From: Thermoanaerobaculia bacterium
GTDB taxonomy: Bacteria; Acidobacteriota; Thermoanaerobaculia; UBA5066
DNA length: 64,000 bases
NCBI GenBank assembly: GCA_963719225.1
Contig: CAVRAY010000002.1
Coordinates: forward strand, 384,001 to 448,000
Direction: 5' to 3'
Shown: positions 49,863 to 60,725 of the stretch, in pieces
Numbering within the stretch: position 1 is the stretch's first letter
How the letters are laid out: the number at the start of each line of letters is the position of its first letter
Notes under the pieces: generated by a model
Seen by the model: the letters and a program-made list of their open reading frames with translations, nothing else
What the model was told of the DNA's origin: nothing
Databases searched by the model: none
Program-made: the position numbers and the translations under genes

Positions 49863-51343
49863 TGTCGTAGCTCCATGAAAGTGTCCCCTCGATAACTCGA
49901 TAGAAGTGTCCCCTCGTAAAGAAGGGGGCGCGATGGAGGAGATCGTGGGGCTGAGCACGAAGGAGAGAGCGCGGCTGGTGGAGCTCGAGCAGGTGAAGGC
50001 CGGGCGTCAGACGGTCGTGGCGGCTGCCGAGCGGCTTCAGATGAGCGGGCGGCAGGGCAAGAGGATCTGGAAGAGATACCGCGCCGAGGGCGCCAAGGGA
50101 CTGGTGCATCGCTCGCGAGGACGGCCGTCGAATCGGAAGTTGGACCCTGAGAGCAAGCAGCAGAGTCTCGAGCTCTGCCGGACGCGGCTGGAAGGTTTTG
50201 GGCCGACACTGGCGGCCGAGAAGCTTCTCGAGGTGGGGCTGAGGGTTTCTCACGAGACGTTGCGGCGGTGGCTGATGGTAGAGGGGCTGTGGAAGAAGAA
50301 AAGGAAACGAGGGCCGCACCGCAGGTGGAGGCCGCCGAAGGAGCACTTCGGCGAGCTCGTTCAGATGGACGGAAGCTTCCACGACTGGCTCGAGACGGGC
50401 CACAAGCCATGCCTGATCGACCTCGTCGACGACGCCACGGCGAAGATGGGAGGCGAATTCTTCGAGCAGGAGACCACCGAAGGAGCGATGAGGGTGCTGT
50501 GGCGGTGGATCGAGCTTTACGGGATCCCCAAGGCGCTTTACACCGACCACAAGAATCTCTACGTGGCTGATCGCGAGCCGACGAAAGACGAGCAGCTCTT
50601 AGGCCGGCCTGCACTGACGGCCTTCGGCAAGGCCTGCCACAAGCTCTCGATTCAGATCATTCCCGCAGCCAGCCCTCAGGCCAAGGGCAGGATCGAGCGG
50701 CGGCACGGCGTGCTTCAGGACCGGCTCGTCAAGGAGTTCAGGCTGCATGGCATCAAGGACCTCCAGGCGGCCAACGCCCTTCTGAGAGGAGGATTCCTCG
50801 AGACGATCAATCAGAGATTCGCGCACAGCTCGGCTAGCCGAGTCGACTACCACCGACCCGTGCCCAAGCGCCTACGGCTCGAGGATGTTTTCGTCTTCGA
50901 AGAGCAGCGCACCGTGCAGAACGACTGGACGGTCGCCTGGGACGGCCGCTGGTTCCAGATTACCGGGCCCAAGTCTCAGATGCCGCGCCGCCGCGAGAAG
51001 ATCGTGGTTCGCCACAGGCTTGATGGCAGTCGGGTGCTGCTTCACTACCATCGAGCCCTCGAGTTTCACGAAATCAAAAACCGGCCGCCTCGGCCGGCGC
51101 CACTGATCAAGCCGGCCTCCGTGGCAACACGCCGCCCTTTCAAAGCGCCCTCTGATGTTCACCCCTGGAGAACACCATTAACCGCCGCAAGCGTCCAGGC
51201 TTCATGGGAGCGCAAGGAGCGCGCCGGCCTCCGATGAGGCCGGCCTCCCGTTTTCCACATTTCCACCGCGCGACGACTACGACGACCAAAAGGGGACATT
51301 TCTAACGAGCTCTACGAGGGGACACTTCTAAGGAGCTTTGACA
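49863..51343. mobile_element. IS1202-like (ISNCY) insertion sequence, about 1481 bp, with 16-bp target duplication
   Basis: TGT...ACA ends; about 55-bp imperfect TIRs with repeated AAGTGTCCCCTCG units; GGCCCGCCCGGCGGGG at 49847-49862 and 51344-51359. Confidence 0.9.
49933..51237 (+). CDS. ISNCY/IS1202-family DDE transposase
   Basis: HTH, FGPTLAAEKL, GELVQMDGSFHDW, VDDAT, YTD, SPQAKGRIER..GVLQDRL. Confidence 0.95.
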   Translation: MEEIVGLSTKERARLVELEQVKAGRQTVVAAAERLQMSGRQGKRIWKRYRAEGAKGLVHRSRGRPSNRKLDPESKQQSLELCRTRLEGFGPTLAAEKLLEVGLRVSHETLRRWLMVEGLWKKKRKRGPHRRWRPPKEHFGELVQMDGSFHDWLETGHKPCLIDLVDDATAKMGGEFFEQETTEGAMRVLWRWIELYGIPKALYTDHKNLYVADREPTKDEQLLGRPALTAFGKACHKLSIQIIPAASPQAKGRIERRHGVLQDRLVKEFRLHGIKDLQAANALLRGGFLETINQRFAHSSASRVDYHRPVPKRLRLEDVFVFEEQRTVQNDWTVAWDGRWFQITGPKSQMPRRREKIVVRHRLDGSRVLLHYHRALEFHEIKNRPPRPAPLIKPASVATRRPFKAPSDVHPWRTPLTAASVQASWERKERAGLR

Positions 51344-51371
51344 GGCCCGCCCGGCGGGGGCGTGTGGTCGC

Positions 51372-51412
51372 AAGAAATCCGGAGGAGCCGGACGCGCGGC
51401 GACTCCTCCGGA
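51372..51412 (-). terminator. Rho-independent terminator of the Cys-rich protein gene
   Basis: TCCGGAGGAG...CTCCTCCGGA stem followed by TTTCTT on the minus strand. Confidence 0.65.
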
Positions 51413-51418
51413 CGGGCC

Positions 51419-51970
51419 TCACTTCGGCAGGGGGTCGAACTCGATGTGGCACACCGAGCCGCAGCAGACCCGGTACGCGCAGAAGTAATGTCCGGGTGAG
51501 TGCTGGTAGCAGGTCGCCGTGACCTTGAGAAGGCAATGGGAGAGCTTGGCCTCGGCCGAGTGCTCGACGAGGCTCGAAGCGAATTGGGCCGCCGAAGCGA
51601 TCCAGCCCTCGGACGAGGAGAGAGACGCCTTTTGCGCTTTCAGGCACTTGAGGAGCTCCGGCTTGAGGTCGGACTCTCTCCCCTCCTTCAGGCGCTTGCC
51701 GTTGGCCCAGAACCCGTCGTCGGAGACGACACCCCCCTTCACGCGGACCCGCGCCTCGAACTTCCCCTGGTCGGTGTTCACCGACGCGATCGTGTGCTCT
51801 CCGTCTTTCAGGTGCAGGGTGGCGGGATCCGGCACGTTGAGCTCGTACGTCTTGCTGCTGCACGGGTCCGCCGCCACGGCGGAGCCCGCGAGAGCCAGGG
51901 AAAGGGACAGCGGCACGAGCCACCGCAGGCCCCCGAGCGAGATCCGAGTCTGGTTCGAGCGAGTCGTCAT
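51419..51970 (-). CDS. Exported protein with C-terminal six-Cys peptide domain
   Basis: AAAGGAGG RBS, signal peptide ending AVA-A, C-terminal C-x7-C-x9-C-x4-CC-x3-C. Confidence 0.8.
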   Translation of the reverse strand: MTTRSNQTRISLGGLRWLVPLSLSLALAGSAVAADPCSSKTYELNVPDPATLHLKDGEHTIASVNTDQGKFEARVRVKGGVVSDDGFWANGKRLKEGRESDLKPELLKCLKAQKASLSSSEGWIASAAQFASSLVEHSAEAKLSHCLLKVTATCYQHSPGHYFCAYRVCCGSVCHIEFDPLPK

Positions 51971-52140
51971 CGTCGTCCTCCTTTTCGTTCGCCCGGCAGC
52001 TTTCTTCCGCGGCCGTCCGGGGCTTCCGTCAAGAGCTAAGCGGCATTTCCGGCCCGAATGGCTCACGCGCGCGGGCCTGGAGGCGAACGCCTGCCGTGCG
52101 GGCCTCCCCGGAATGTCGGGTAAACTCGATTCCTGACCAG

Positions 52141-53451
52141 ATGAGGATTCTCGTCGTCGGCTCCGGGGGTCGCGAGCACGCGCTCGTGTGGAAGCTCGCG
52201 CAGGCGCCGGGCGTCACGGACGTCTTCGCGGCGCCGGGCAACCCGGGCATGGCGAACAAGGCGACGTGCATTCCGATCGGGGTCGAGAACGTCGTCGAGC
52301 TGGCGGACTTCGCCGAGTCGATGAAGATCGACCTGACCGTCGTCGGACCCGAGCTTCCGCTCACGCTCGGCCTCGTGGACGAGCTCACCAACCGCGGCCT
52401 CACCGCGTTCGGCCCGAACCGCCTCGCGGCGGAGCTCGAAGGCTCGAAGGTCTTCTCGAAGCTCTTCATGAAGAAATACGGCATCCCGACGCCGGACGCC
52501 GAGGTGTGCCAGACGCGGGGCGAGGCGGAGCGCGCCCTCAAGTCGTACGGCCTCCCGTGCGTCTTCAAGGCGGACGGCCTCGCGGCCGGAAAGGGCGTCG
52601 TTGTGGCGCAGGAGGCCGAGGAGGCTGAGCGCGCGCTGAAGCTCTTCTTCGAGGATCGCGTCTTCGGCTCGGCTGGCGACCGCGTTCTCGTGGAACGGTT
52701 CATCGCGGGAGACGAGGTGAGCTTCATGGTCCTTTGCGACGGGGAGCACGCGCTGCCGCTCGCGACCGCGATGGACTACAAGAAGATCTTCGACGGCGAG
52801 CGCGGTCCGAACACGGGCGGAATGGGCGCGCACAGTCCTTCGGTGCTCCTCGACGCGTCCACGGCGTCCGACGTGCTCGCGTTCATCGTGCAGCCGACGC
52901 TCAAGGGAATGGCCGACGAGGGCCGCCCGTTCCGCGGCGTCCTCTTCGTCGGTCTCATCCTCGAGGCCGGACTGAACCCGTACGTGCTCGAATACAACGT
53001 GAGGTTCGGAGATCCCGAGACGCAGGCGGTGCTCCTGCGCATGGACGACAACCTGCTGCCGCTTCTCCTGGGATCGGCACGCGGAAAATTCGACGAAGGG
53101 GCGCAGCTCGGATGGCGGCGCGAGGCGACCGCCGCCCTCGTCATGACGGCCGAGGGCTATCCCGGGCCCTTCGAGCGCGGTCGCGCCATTTCCGGAATCG
53201 AGGACGCCGAGGCGATGGACGGCGTCTTCGTCTTCCATGCGGGGACGGCCCGGGGTCCCGACGACGGCCTGGTGACGTCGGGCGGCCGCGTTCTCGACGT
53301 CTGCGCCCGCGGGCGCGGCCTCTCGCAGGCGCTCGCGAGGGCGAAGGAAGCGGCGGGCAAGATCCGTTTCGAAGGCGCCCATTTCCGGCGCGACATCGGG
53401 AAGAAGGCCCTCGAGATCCTCGTGGAGCGCTCCGGCTCCATGCTCAGATGA
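52141..53451 (+). CDS. purD: Phosphoribosylamine--glycine ligase
   Basis: MRILVVGSGGREHAL, APGNPG, LEGSK, KADGLAAGKGV, GPNTGGMGA, EYNVRFGDPE, TSGGRVL. Confidence 0.97.
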   Translation: MRILVVGSGGREHALVWKLAQAPGVTDVFAAPGNPGMANKATCIPIGVENVVELADFAESMKIDLTVVGPELPLTLGLVDELTNRGLTAFGPNRLAAELEGSKVFSKLFMKKYGIPTPDAEVCQTRGEAERALKSYGLPCVFKADGLAAGKGVVVAQEAEEAERALKLFFEDRVFGSAGDRVLVERFIAGDEVSFMVLCDGEHALPLATAMDYKKIFDGERGPNTGGMGAHSPSVLLDASTASDVLAFIVQPTLKGMADEGRPFRGVLFVGLILEAGLNPYVLEYNVRFGDPETQAVLLRMDDNLLPLLLGSARGKFDEGAQLGWRREATAALVMTAEGYPGPFERGRAISGIEDAEAMDGVFVFHAGTARGPDDGLVTSGGRVLDVCARGRGLSQALARAKEAAGKIRFEGAHFRRDIGKKALEILVERSGSMLR

Positions 53452-54181
53452 AATCGACGAGAACCGGCGGTGGACCCGGGGCGTCGAGGAGCGCGAAGGC
53501 AGCCTCGAGGATCCGGGTCTGCAGCGCGGCATCGCCCGGCTTCCCGAGCGGATACCCGAGCGCGTAAGGCACCGCGAGAGCGCGAGGCGTTCGCACCTTC
53601 TCGGTGACCTCCTTGAGCATCGTGACGGACGTCGTCGCGATGCCGCGCCTCTCGAGCTCGCCCGCGATCAGACCGACGGTCTGGTGGCACATGGGTCAAA
53701 GCGGGACGAGGAACGCCGCGTCGACGCCGTCCGCCGCGAGGAGCGCGGCGGCCGCTGGCGCCGTTTCCTTCACGAGCCGCCCGGGCGCCGTGATCGAGCC
53801 CATGAAGGAGAGGGCGCGGCCGTTCAGCGAGCCGATCTCTCCCTTCGCCACCATCTCGCGCAGCCTCTCGAGCGGAAAGCCGAGATTGCGGTCCGCCCGA
53901 AACCCGCTCTGGTCGAACGCGTCGGATTTGTGCGCGATTCCGAGCGTCGCAACCTCCGCGTCCGCCGGGATCTCGCGGAACGACACGTCGCAGCCCTTCA
54001 ACTCTTCGGTGTCGAACGGAACCTGCGACGGCAGGTGAACGCCCCCCGTCGTCACGAGCGCGACGCGCGCCTCGTGAAGCGGTTTCGCAAGCCTCGTGAA
54101 CGGCACGGGATCGAGCGCACGGTACCGGTACATCGCCATGAAGAGCCGGTTCTTGCGCGACAGGTCCGAAAGGCTCGCCAT
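53444..54181 (-). CDS. PrdB/GrdB-like selenoprotein B with in-frame UGA (Sec) at 53698-53696; 245 aa
   Basis: ORFs 53696-54214 and 53444-53692 are in the same frame; ALVTTGGVHL, DRN.GFPLERL, SFMG, DAAFLVPL-U-PMCHQTVGLIA..LE..GI.T, PYALGYPLG (UxxC). Confidence 0.88.
53669..53698 (-). promoter_or_regulatory. Bacterial SECIS element
   Basis: UGA-CCCATGTGCCAC-CAGACC-GTC-GGTCTG: a hairpin whose loop starts with G, 18 nt after the UGA. Confidence 0.7.
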
Positions 54182-54212
54182 GCCCTCAGTATGACGAAAT
54201 ATGATCGCGCCC

Positions 54213-54770
54213 ATGCACGTTCCCGCCGTCCTCGCGCTTCTCGCCCAGCTCGTCTCGTCGCACGCCGCGCCTTCCGCCGCGGCCTCGACTCCGGCGCCCG
54301 TCTATCCCGTGACATCGGGCGGCGGCCTGACATGGGCCGTGCCGAAGACCTGGGTGCCGGGACCCTCCTCCGCGATGAGGCTCGCGACGTACTTTCTCCC
54401 CGCGTCTGCGGGCGACGCCGAGAGGCCGGAGATGGCCGTCTTCTGGTTCGGGCCGGGAAAGGGCGGGACCGTCGACGCGAACGTGGAGCGCTGGTTCTCG
54501 CAGTTCGCCGCATCTCCCGGCGACCCGAGGCCGACGCGCAGCCTCACGCGGATCGGCTCGCTGCCCGTCACGCTCGTGAAAGCGGCGGGAACGTTTTCCG
54601 CAGGCGCCGGGATGGGCGCCTCGTCCGCGGCGAAGAGCGGCTTTGCGCTCCGCGGCGCGATCGCCGAGGGCCCGAACGGAGCCGTGTTCTTCAAGCTCAC
54701 CGGCCCGCGGCGAAGCGTGGCGGCCGCCGGAAAGGACTTCGACGCCCTCGTCGCGAGCCTCAAGCCCTGA
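54213..54770 (+). CDS. Hypothetical exported protein
   Basis: Signal-like N-terminus; W.VP..W...SSAMRLATY, GG.VDANVERW..QF, FFKLTGP pattern; TATGAT 7 nt upstream of the ATG. Confidence 0.75.
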   Translation: MHVPAVLALLAQLVSSHAAPSAAASTPAPVYPVTSGGGLTWAVPKTWVPGPSSAMRLATYFLPASAGDAERPEMAVFWFGPGKGGTVDANVERWFSQFAASPGDPRPTRSLTRIGSLPVTLVKAAGTFSAGAGMGASSAAKSGFALRGAIAEGPNGAVFFKLTGPRRSVAAAGKDFDALVASLKP

Positions 54771-54782
54771 CAACCGGCCGGA

Positions 54783-56392
54783 TCATCTGATTCCGTACGT
54801 CGCGAGGAAGTGCGTGGGGCCCGGCTTTCGCGCGACGGCGTGGTCGGGATTCGCGGCGAGGTGCTCGAGCACCTTGAAAACCGTCTCGGTCTCCTCCGGC
54901 GCTTCGAGAGAGGCCGCGATGCGCTCGGCCGTCCGGAAGATTCCCTTCTCCCGCTGCAGGTCCGCGAGAAGCCTCGCCTGCAGGGCGAGCACCTGTGCCG
55001 CGGCTTTCTTTCCGGCCTCGACGCCGGGCTGGTGATACGCATTGATGCCGATGAGCTGCGCGTAGAGGCCGACCGTCCGTTCGTAGAGCGCGATGAGAGT
55101 TCCCACGGAGCGCGCGGAAGCGTCCGGAAGGGTGAGCGTGATCGAGCCCCGTCCGTTCTCGTAAAGCGCCTTCCGCGTTCCGAGGAGAAAACCGTGGAGG
55201 TAATCGCCCGAGGTCACGTCGGGCTCGACGGCGAGAGACACGGCGGCGTTCTCGCGGTCGCAGGCGACCTCGACGAACGTCACGAAGAAATTCGGGACTC
55301 CCTCGCGGAGCTGCTGGACGTAAGCATGCTGGTCCGTCGAGCCCTTGTTGCCGTAGACGGCGATGCCCTGCCGGACGACGTTTCCGGCGAGGTCTTTCTC
55401 CTTCCCGAGCGATTCCATGACGAGCTGCTGGAGGTAGCGCGAGAATAGGAGGAGCCGGTCCTTGTAGGGGAGGACGACCATGTCCTTCAGCCCTTTTCCC
55501 CCGTCTCCCGGTACCACGCGAGCGCGAGCATCGCCGCGGGGTTCTTCGAGACCTCTCCGACGCGCGTCGCCTCGTCGCACGCGGCGGCGCCGGCGAGAAG
55601 TCCCTCCACGTCGAGCCCCTGGAGCGCCGCGGGCAGGAGGCCGACGGCGGAAAGCTCCGACGTGCGTCCGCCCACCCAGTCCCACATCGGGAAGCGGTTC
55701 AGCCAGCCGCCGCGCGCGGCCACCTCGTCGAGCTCGCTCGCCTTGCCCGTGACGGCGGCCGCGTGCCTCGGAAAGTCGAGGCCCGCGCGGCGGTAGGCGT
55801 CCGCCGCCTCCAGCATCCCGTTCCGCGTCTCTTTCGTTCCGCCCGACTTCGAGATCACGACCGTGAGCGTCGCGGGCAGGCCCCCTTCGGTCGACGCGAT
55901 GCGCGACAGCTCGCGGGCCATGCCGTCGGGATCGGTGTTGTCGAAGAAGAACGGCCGCATCGGGTCGCGCGGCGAGCCGAGCGCGTCCGCGACGAATTGC
56001 GGCCCGAGAGCCGAGCCGCCGATGCCGACGACGAGGAGATTCGTGAACCGCGGCGCCTTCTGGGGCTTCGGGGAGCCGCCGTGAACGGCGTCCGCGAAGG
56101 CCTCGATTCGCGCGAGCGTCTCTTTGATCGCCTCTTTCGTCTCCGCGTCGGGGGCGCGCTCCGGCGCGCGCAGCCAGTAGTGGCCGACGCGCCTTCCCTC
56201 GTCGGGGTTCGCGATCGCGCCGGCCTCGAGGGCCTCCATCGCGGCGAACGCCGCGGGAAACGCGGAATCCACGAGCGGGTCGCGATGGAGAGCGTCGTCC
56301 TGGAGCGACGTCTTCGAGAGGTCGACGAGGAGCGAGAGGGACGGCACGTGGAGAGAGAGGGCCTGGTAGCGCTGCCACGGATGGAGGCTCAT
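54783..56392 (-). pseudogene. pgi: Glucose-6-phosphate isomerase (cyanobacterial/plastid-like type), split by a 1-nt frameshift near 55494-55502 (possibly a sequencing error)
   Basis: [37 protein letters not shown] in one frame; [33 protein letters not shown] in the next frame. Confidence 0.9.
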
Positions 56393-56432
56393 GCGCGAAG
56401 ACTATCCTTCCCGGTGCAAAACGGAGGTGGAG

Positions 56433-57404
56433 ATGGCCGCTCGAACGCACGGCGAGATCACGCTCGGGATCGATCTCGGGGGGACGAAGATCCTCGCGGG
56501 CGCGGTGGACGGCGCGGGGAAGATCGTCGGGCGCGGCAAGCTCAAGACCCCCTTCGCGGACGGCGTCGGGGCGATCGGCGAAGGGCTCGTCGCGGCCGCG
56601 GACCTCGCGCTCCAGGAGGCCGGCATGCCGCGCGAGAGCGTCTCGGCGCTCGCGGTCGCCTCGCCGGGCGCCGTGGATGCCGAGAAGGGGCTCGTCCTCC
56701 ATGCCGGCAACCTGTCCGCGACGAACTGGCCGATTCTCGAGGCCATGCGCGGGGCGTTCCCGAAGGCGCGCCGCCGCCTCGAGAACGACGTGCGGCTCGC
56801 CGCGCTCGGCGAGGCGCGCCTCGGTGCGGGCCGGGGCGCCGAGACGATGGTCGCCGTCTGGGTCGGCACGGGCATCGGCGGAGCGGTCATCCGCGGCGGG
56901 AAGATTCACAAGGGGCAAAACCGCAACGCGGGCGAGATCGGGATGACGCGCATCGACTTCCGCCGCGTGAAGCCGGGTTCCTTCGAAGGGACCCTGGAGA
57001 GCATCGCCGCGAAGGTCGGAATCACCGCGTGGCTGCGGAGAAAGATCGGCCAGGGCGAGAAGACCTGCCTCGAGAAGGCCGTTTCCAAGGAGGGGGCGCG
57101 GCTCAAGGGCTCCCAGCTCCGCGAGGCCGTCGAGGCGAGGGACGCGCTCGCGCTCCGCGCGCTCGCCCGCTCCGCGAAAGCCGTCGGTGTCGTGGTTGCG
57201 AACGTCTTCAACGTCTTCGCACCCGACCTCTTCGTCCTCGGAGGCGGCGTCGCGGTGGACGTCGGAGACTCGTATCTCGCCGACGTGAGGAAGTGGGCCG
57301 ACACGTTCGCCTACACCCAGGCACTCGGAAAGCTCCGGATCGAGCCGGCCGCGCTGGGCGACGATGCAGGCCTTCTCGGAGCCGCGCTGTACGCGCGCGA
57401 ATAG
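56433..57404 (+). CDS. ROK-family sugar kinase (glucokinase-like)
   Basis: [41 protein letters not shown]; GGAGG RBS. Confidence 0.92.
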   Translation: MAARTHGEITLGIDLGGTKILAGAVDGAGKIVGRGKLKTPFADGVGAIGEGLVAAADLALQEAGMPRESVSALAVASPGAVDAEKGLVLHAGNLSATNWPILEAMRGAFPKARRRLENDVRLAALGEARLGAGRGAETMVAVWVGTGIGGAVIRGGKIHKGQNRNAGEIGMTRIDFRRVKPGSFEGTLESIAAKVGITAWLRRKIGQGEKTCLEKAVSKEGARLKGSQLREAVEARDALALRALARSAKAVGVVVANVFNVFAPDLFVLGGGVAVDVGDSYLADVRKWADTFAYTQALGKLRIEPAALGDDAGLLGAALYARE

Positions 57405-57427
57405 CCTTCTGGCACAATCGGCCGGTT

Positions 57428-58177
57428 ATGGGCTGTACCGGCTGCTCCCTCGGAACTTCCACGAACCCCGGCGGAAACTACGTGGGCGTGCGCCTCGCCG
57501 ACGCGATGGACGGGAAGACGGCGCTCGTCTTCACGGGCGAGATCGCGGTCAAGCCGGGGGAACGCATCATCGTGGAAGCCGAGAACGGCCCCGAGTTCGC
57601 GGAGGTCACGACGACGACTCCGGTCCTCGCGAAGGCGTGCTCGTCCAAGAAAGCGAAGCGCTTCCTGAGGCTCGCCTCCGACTCGGAGTACGCCGATTAC
57701 GTCGAGAGGGTCGAGCTCCAGGATGCAGCCCGCCTCTTCACCGATGCGGCCGTCGCCGAGCTGAAGCTGGACGTCCACGTCGTCAAGTGCGCGGTCGGCT
57801 TCGACCGGCGGCGGATGACGGTGCTCTACACGTCCGAGAAGAAGCCCGAGACCCGGGAGCTCGCCCGAAGGATCTCGGACCGCTTCGAGATCCGCGTCGA
57901 GATGAAGTCGATCGGGGTCAGGGACGAAACGAAGCTGATCGGCGGGATCGGCTCGTGCGGCCTGACGCTCTGCTGCTCCACATGGCTCAAGAGCTTCCAT
58001 CCCGTGGCCATCAAGATGGCGAAGATGCAGGGCCTGACCCCGAACCCCTCGAAGCTCACCGGCCAGTGCGGGCGCCTGAAATGCTGCGTCGCGTACGAGC
58101 TGGAAGGCGGGATCGAGGCCGCCCGCCGGATGAGCCACGGCGGCGACCGGGCACGTTCGGCTCCGCCCGCCGCCTGA
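57428..58177 (+). CDS. ricT: PSP1/RicT (YaaT)-family Fe-S regulatory protein
   Basis: MGCTGC, RVEMKSIGVRDE, GGIGSCG..LCC, KMAK.QGL..NP.KL.GQCGRLKCC..YE. Confidence 0.9.
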   Translation: MGCTGCSLGTSTNPGGNYVGVRLADAMDGKTALVFTGEIAVKPGERIIVEAENGPEFAEVTTTTPVLAKACSSKKAKRFLRLASDSEYADYVERVELQDAARLFTDAAVAELKLDVHVVKCAVGFDRRRMTVLYTSEKKPETRELARRISDRFEIRVEMKSIGVRDETKLIGGIGSCGLTLCCSTWLKSFHPVAIKMAKMQGLTPNPSKLTGQCGRLKCCVAYELEGGIEAARRMSHGGDRARSAPPAA

Positions 58178-58273
58178 GGATTTTTCGGGCCTCGCTTTTC
58201 CGGCGGCGCGCGGAATAGACTCCCTGTCAAGTTCGTTCCCCTTCCCATGGGTCCCCCCAGAGGAGTCCTCGAC

Positions 58274-58708
58274 ATGGCTTCGGTGAAAAAGCCGCCGACC
58301 CCGGAAGAGCCTTCCGCCCCCGCGGAGGGGGCGGCGGAGCTGGGCCCGCGGAAGCTCATCCGGCCCTCTTTGGCCCGGGTCCTGCGCGACCAGGGCGTCC
58401 CGTCGCGCGGCCCCTCGTCGCGAAAAATCGTCCCCCCGGAGCAGACGAACGCCGAGGCGTACTACTACCTCAAGCAGATGCAGAGCAAGACGCCCATCGT
58501 CGTCCGCCTCGTGGACGGCGAGGAGCTGCGCGGATGGATCGAGTGGTACGACAAGGACGTCATCAAGCTGAACCGCGAGTACGGGCCGAACCTGCTCATC
58601 CCCAAGCGTTCCATCAAGTACCTCTTCAAGGAAGAAGAGGAGCGCCAGCACAAGAGAAGGCTCAGGCCGCCCGGCACGCCCTCCGAGGGGCCCTCGGGAG
58701 CCGGCTGA
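58274..58708 (+). CDS. hfq: Hfq/Sm-like RNA chaperone (acidobacterial type)
   Basis: [31 protein letters not shown] (Sm1), [11 protein letters not shown] (Sm2). Confidence 0.75.
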   Translation: MASVKKPPTPEEPSAPAEGAAELGPRKLIRPSLARVLRDQGVPSRGPSSRKIVPPEQTNAEAYYYLKQMQSKTPIVVRLVDGEELRGWIEWYDKDVIKLNREYGPNLLIPKRSIKYLFKEEEERQHKRRLRPPGTPSEGPSGAG

Positions 58709-58732
58709 CCCCTGTCCTTCCCGGAGGTCGAC

Positions 58733-59233
58733 ATGAGATTCGAGCTCCTTCAGTCGCTCAGGGAGTACATGATCGCCTCGTACACGGGACACCATGCCGA
58801 CGGCCTGTGCGTGTGCGCGGTGATCGGTTTCGCGAACAACAGCTTCTCCCTCAACTCGCGCCAGATGACCCTCCTCTCCATGAGCGTTCCGGCGGTGCAG
58901 AAGCCGAACAGCGTTCTCGAGCTGTATGGCCGGACGGATCGAGCCGGCTCGGACGAGTACAACATGGGCCTGGCGCAACGGAGGCTCGGGGCGGTCCAGA
59001 ACGCTCTCGTCACCGTCGGGGCGCCTCACGACAAGGTCTTCACCGGCCTCTCGAAGGCCCTCGGCGAGAACTTCGAAGCGTTTTTCGGAGTGGCGGACGG
59101 GCAACGCGAGGCCGGCGGACGAGCGGTCTGGTCGTTCCTGTGGCCCTCCAAGGCCGCGTTCGAGGAAGGGCCGGACGACGAGTCGTCCTTCCGGGACCTC
59201 GTGATGTTCGGCCGGAACTTCACGCCGCGCTGA
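58733..59233 (+). CDS. Stand-alone OmpA-C-like domain protein, no signal peptide
   Basis: GGAGG RBS; LYGRTDRAGSDEYNMGLAQRRLGAVQNAL matches the OmpA-C G.TD..G...YN..L..RR motif. Confidence 0.65.
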   Translation: MRFELLQSLREYMIASYTGHHADGLCVCAVIGFANNSFSLNSRQMTLLSMSVPAVQKPNSVLELYGRTDRAGSDEYNMGLAQRRLGAVQNALVTVGAPHDKVFTGLSKALGENFEAFFGVADGQREAGGRAVWSFLWPSKAAFEEGPDDESSFRDLVMFGRNFTPR

Positions 59234-59308
59234 GAGTCGCGGGCAGGCCGGGAGGCCGGTAGACTCCGAGGCTTGCGGCCCGCCGCGAAAGGACTGACGA
59301 GACGACAC

Positions 59309-60718
<1,410 letters not shown>

Positions 60719-60725
60719 TCCGGTT

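Noticed and set aside
49876-49918. Repeated AAGTGTCCCCTCG units resembling a mini-CRISPR
   Set aside because: Only two units, mirrored at the other IS end, with no spacer-length gaps or cas genes; they are IS end repeats.
53444-53699. Treating the 82-aa and 172-aa ORFs as separate genes or a nonsense pseudogene
   Set aside because: The in-frame UGA at the UxxC site with a SECIS-like hairpin favours selenocysteine read-through.
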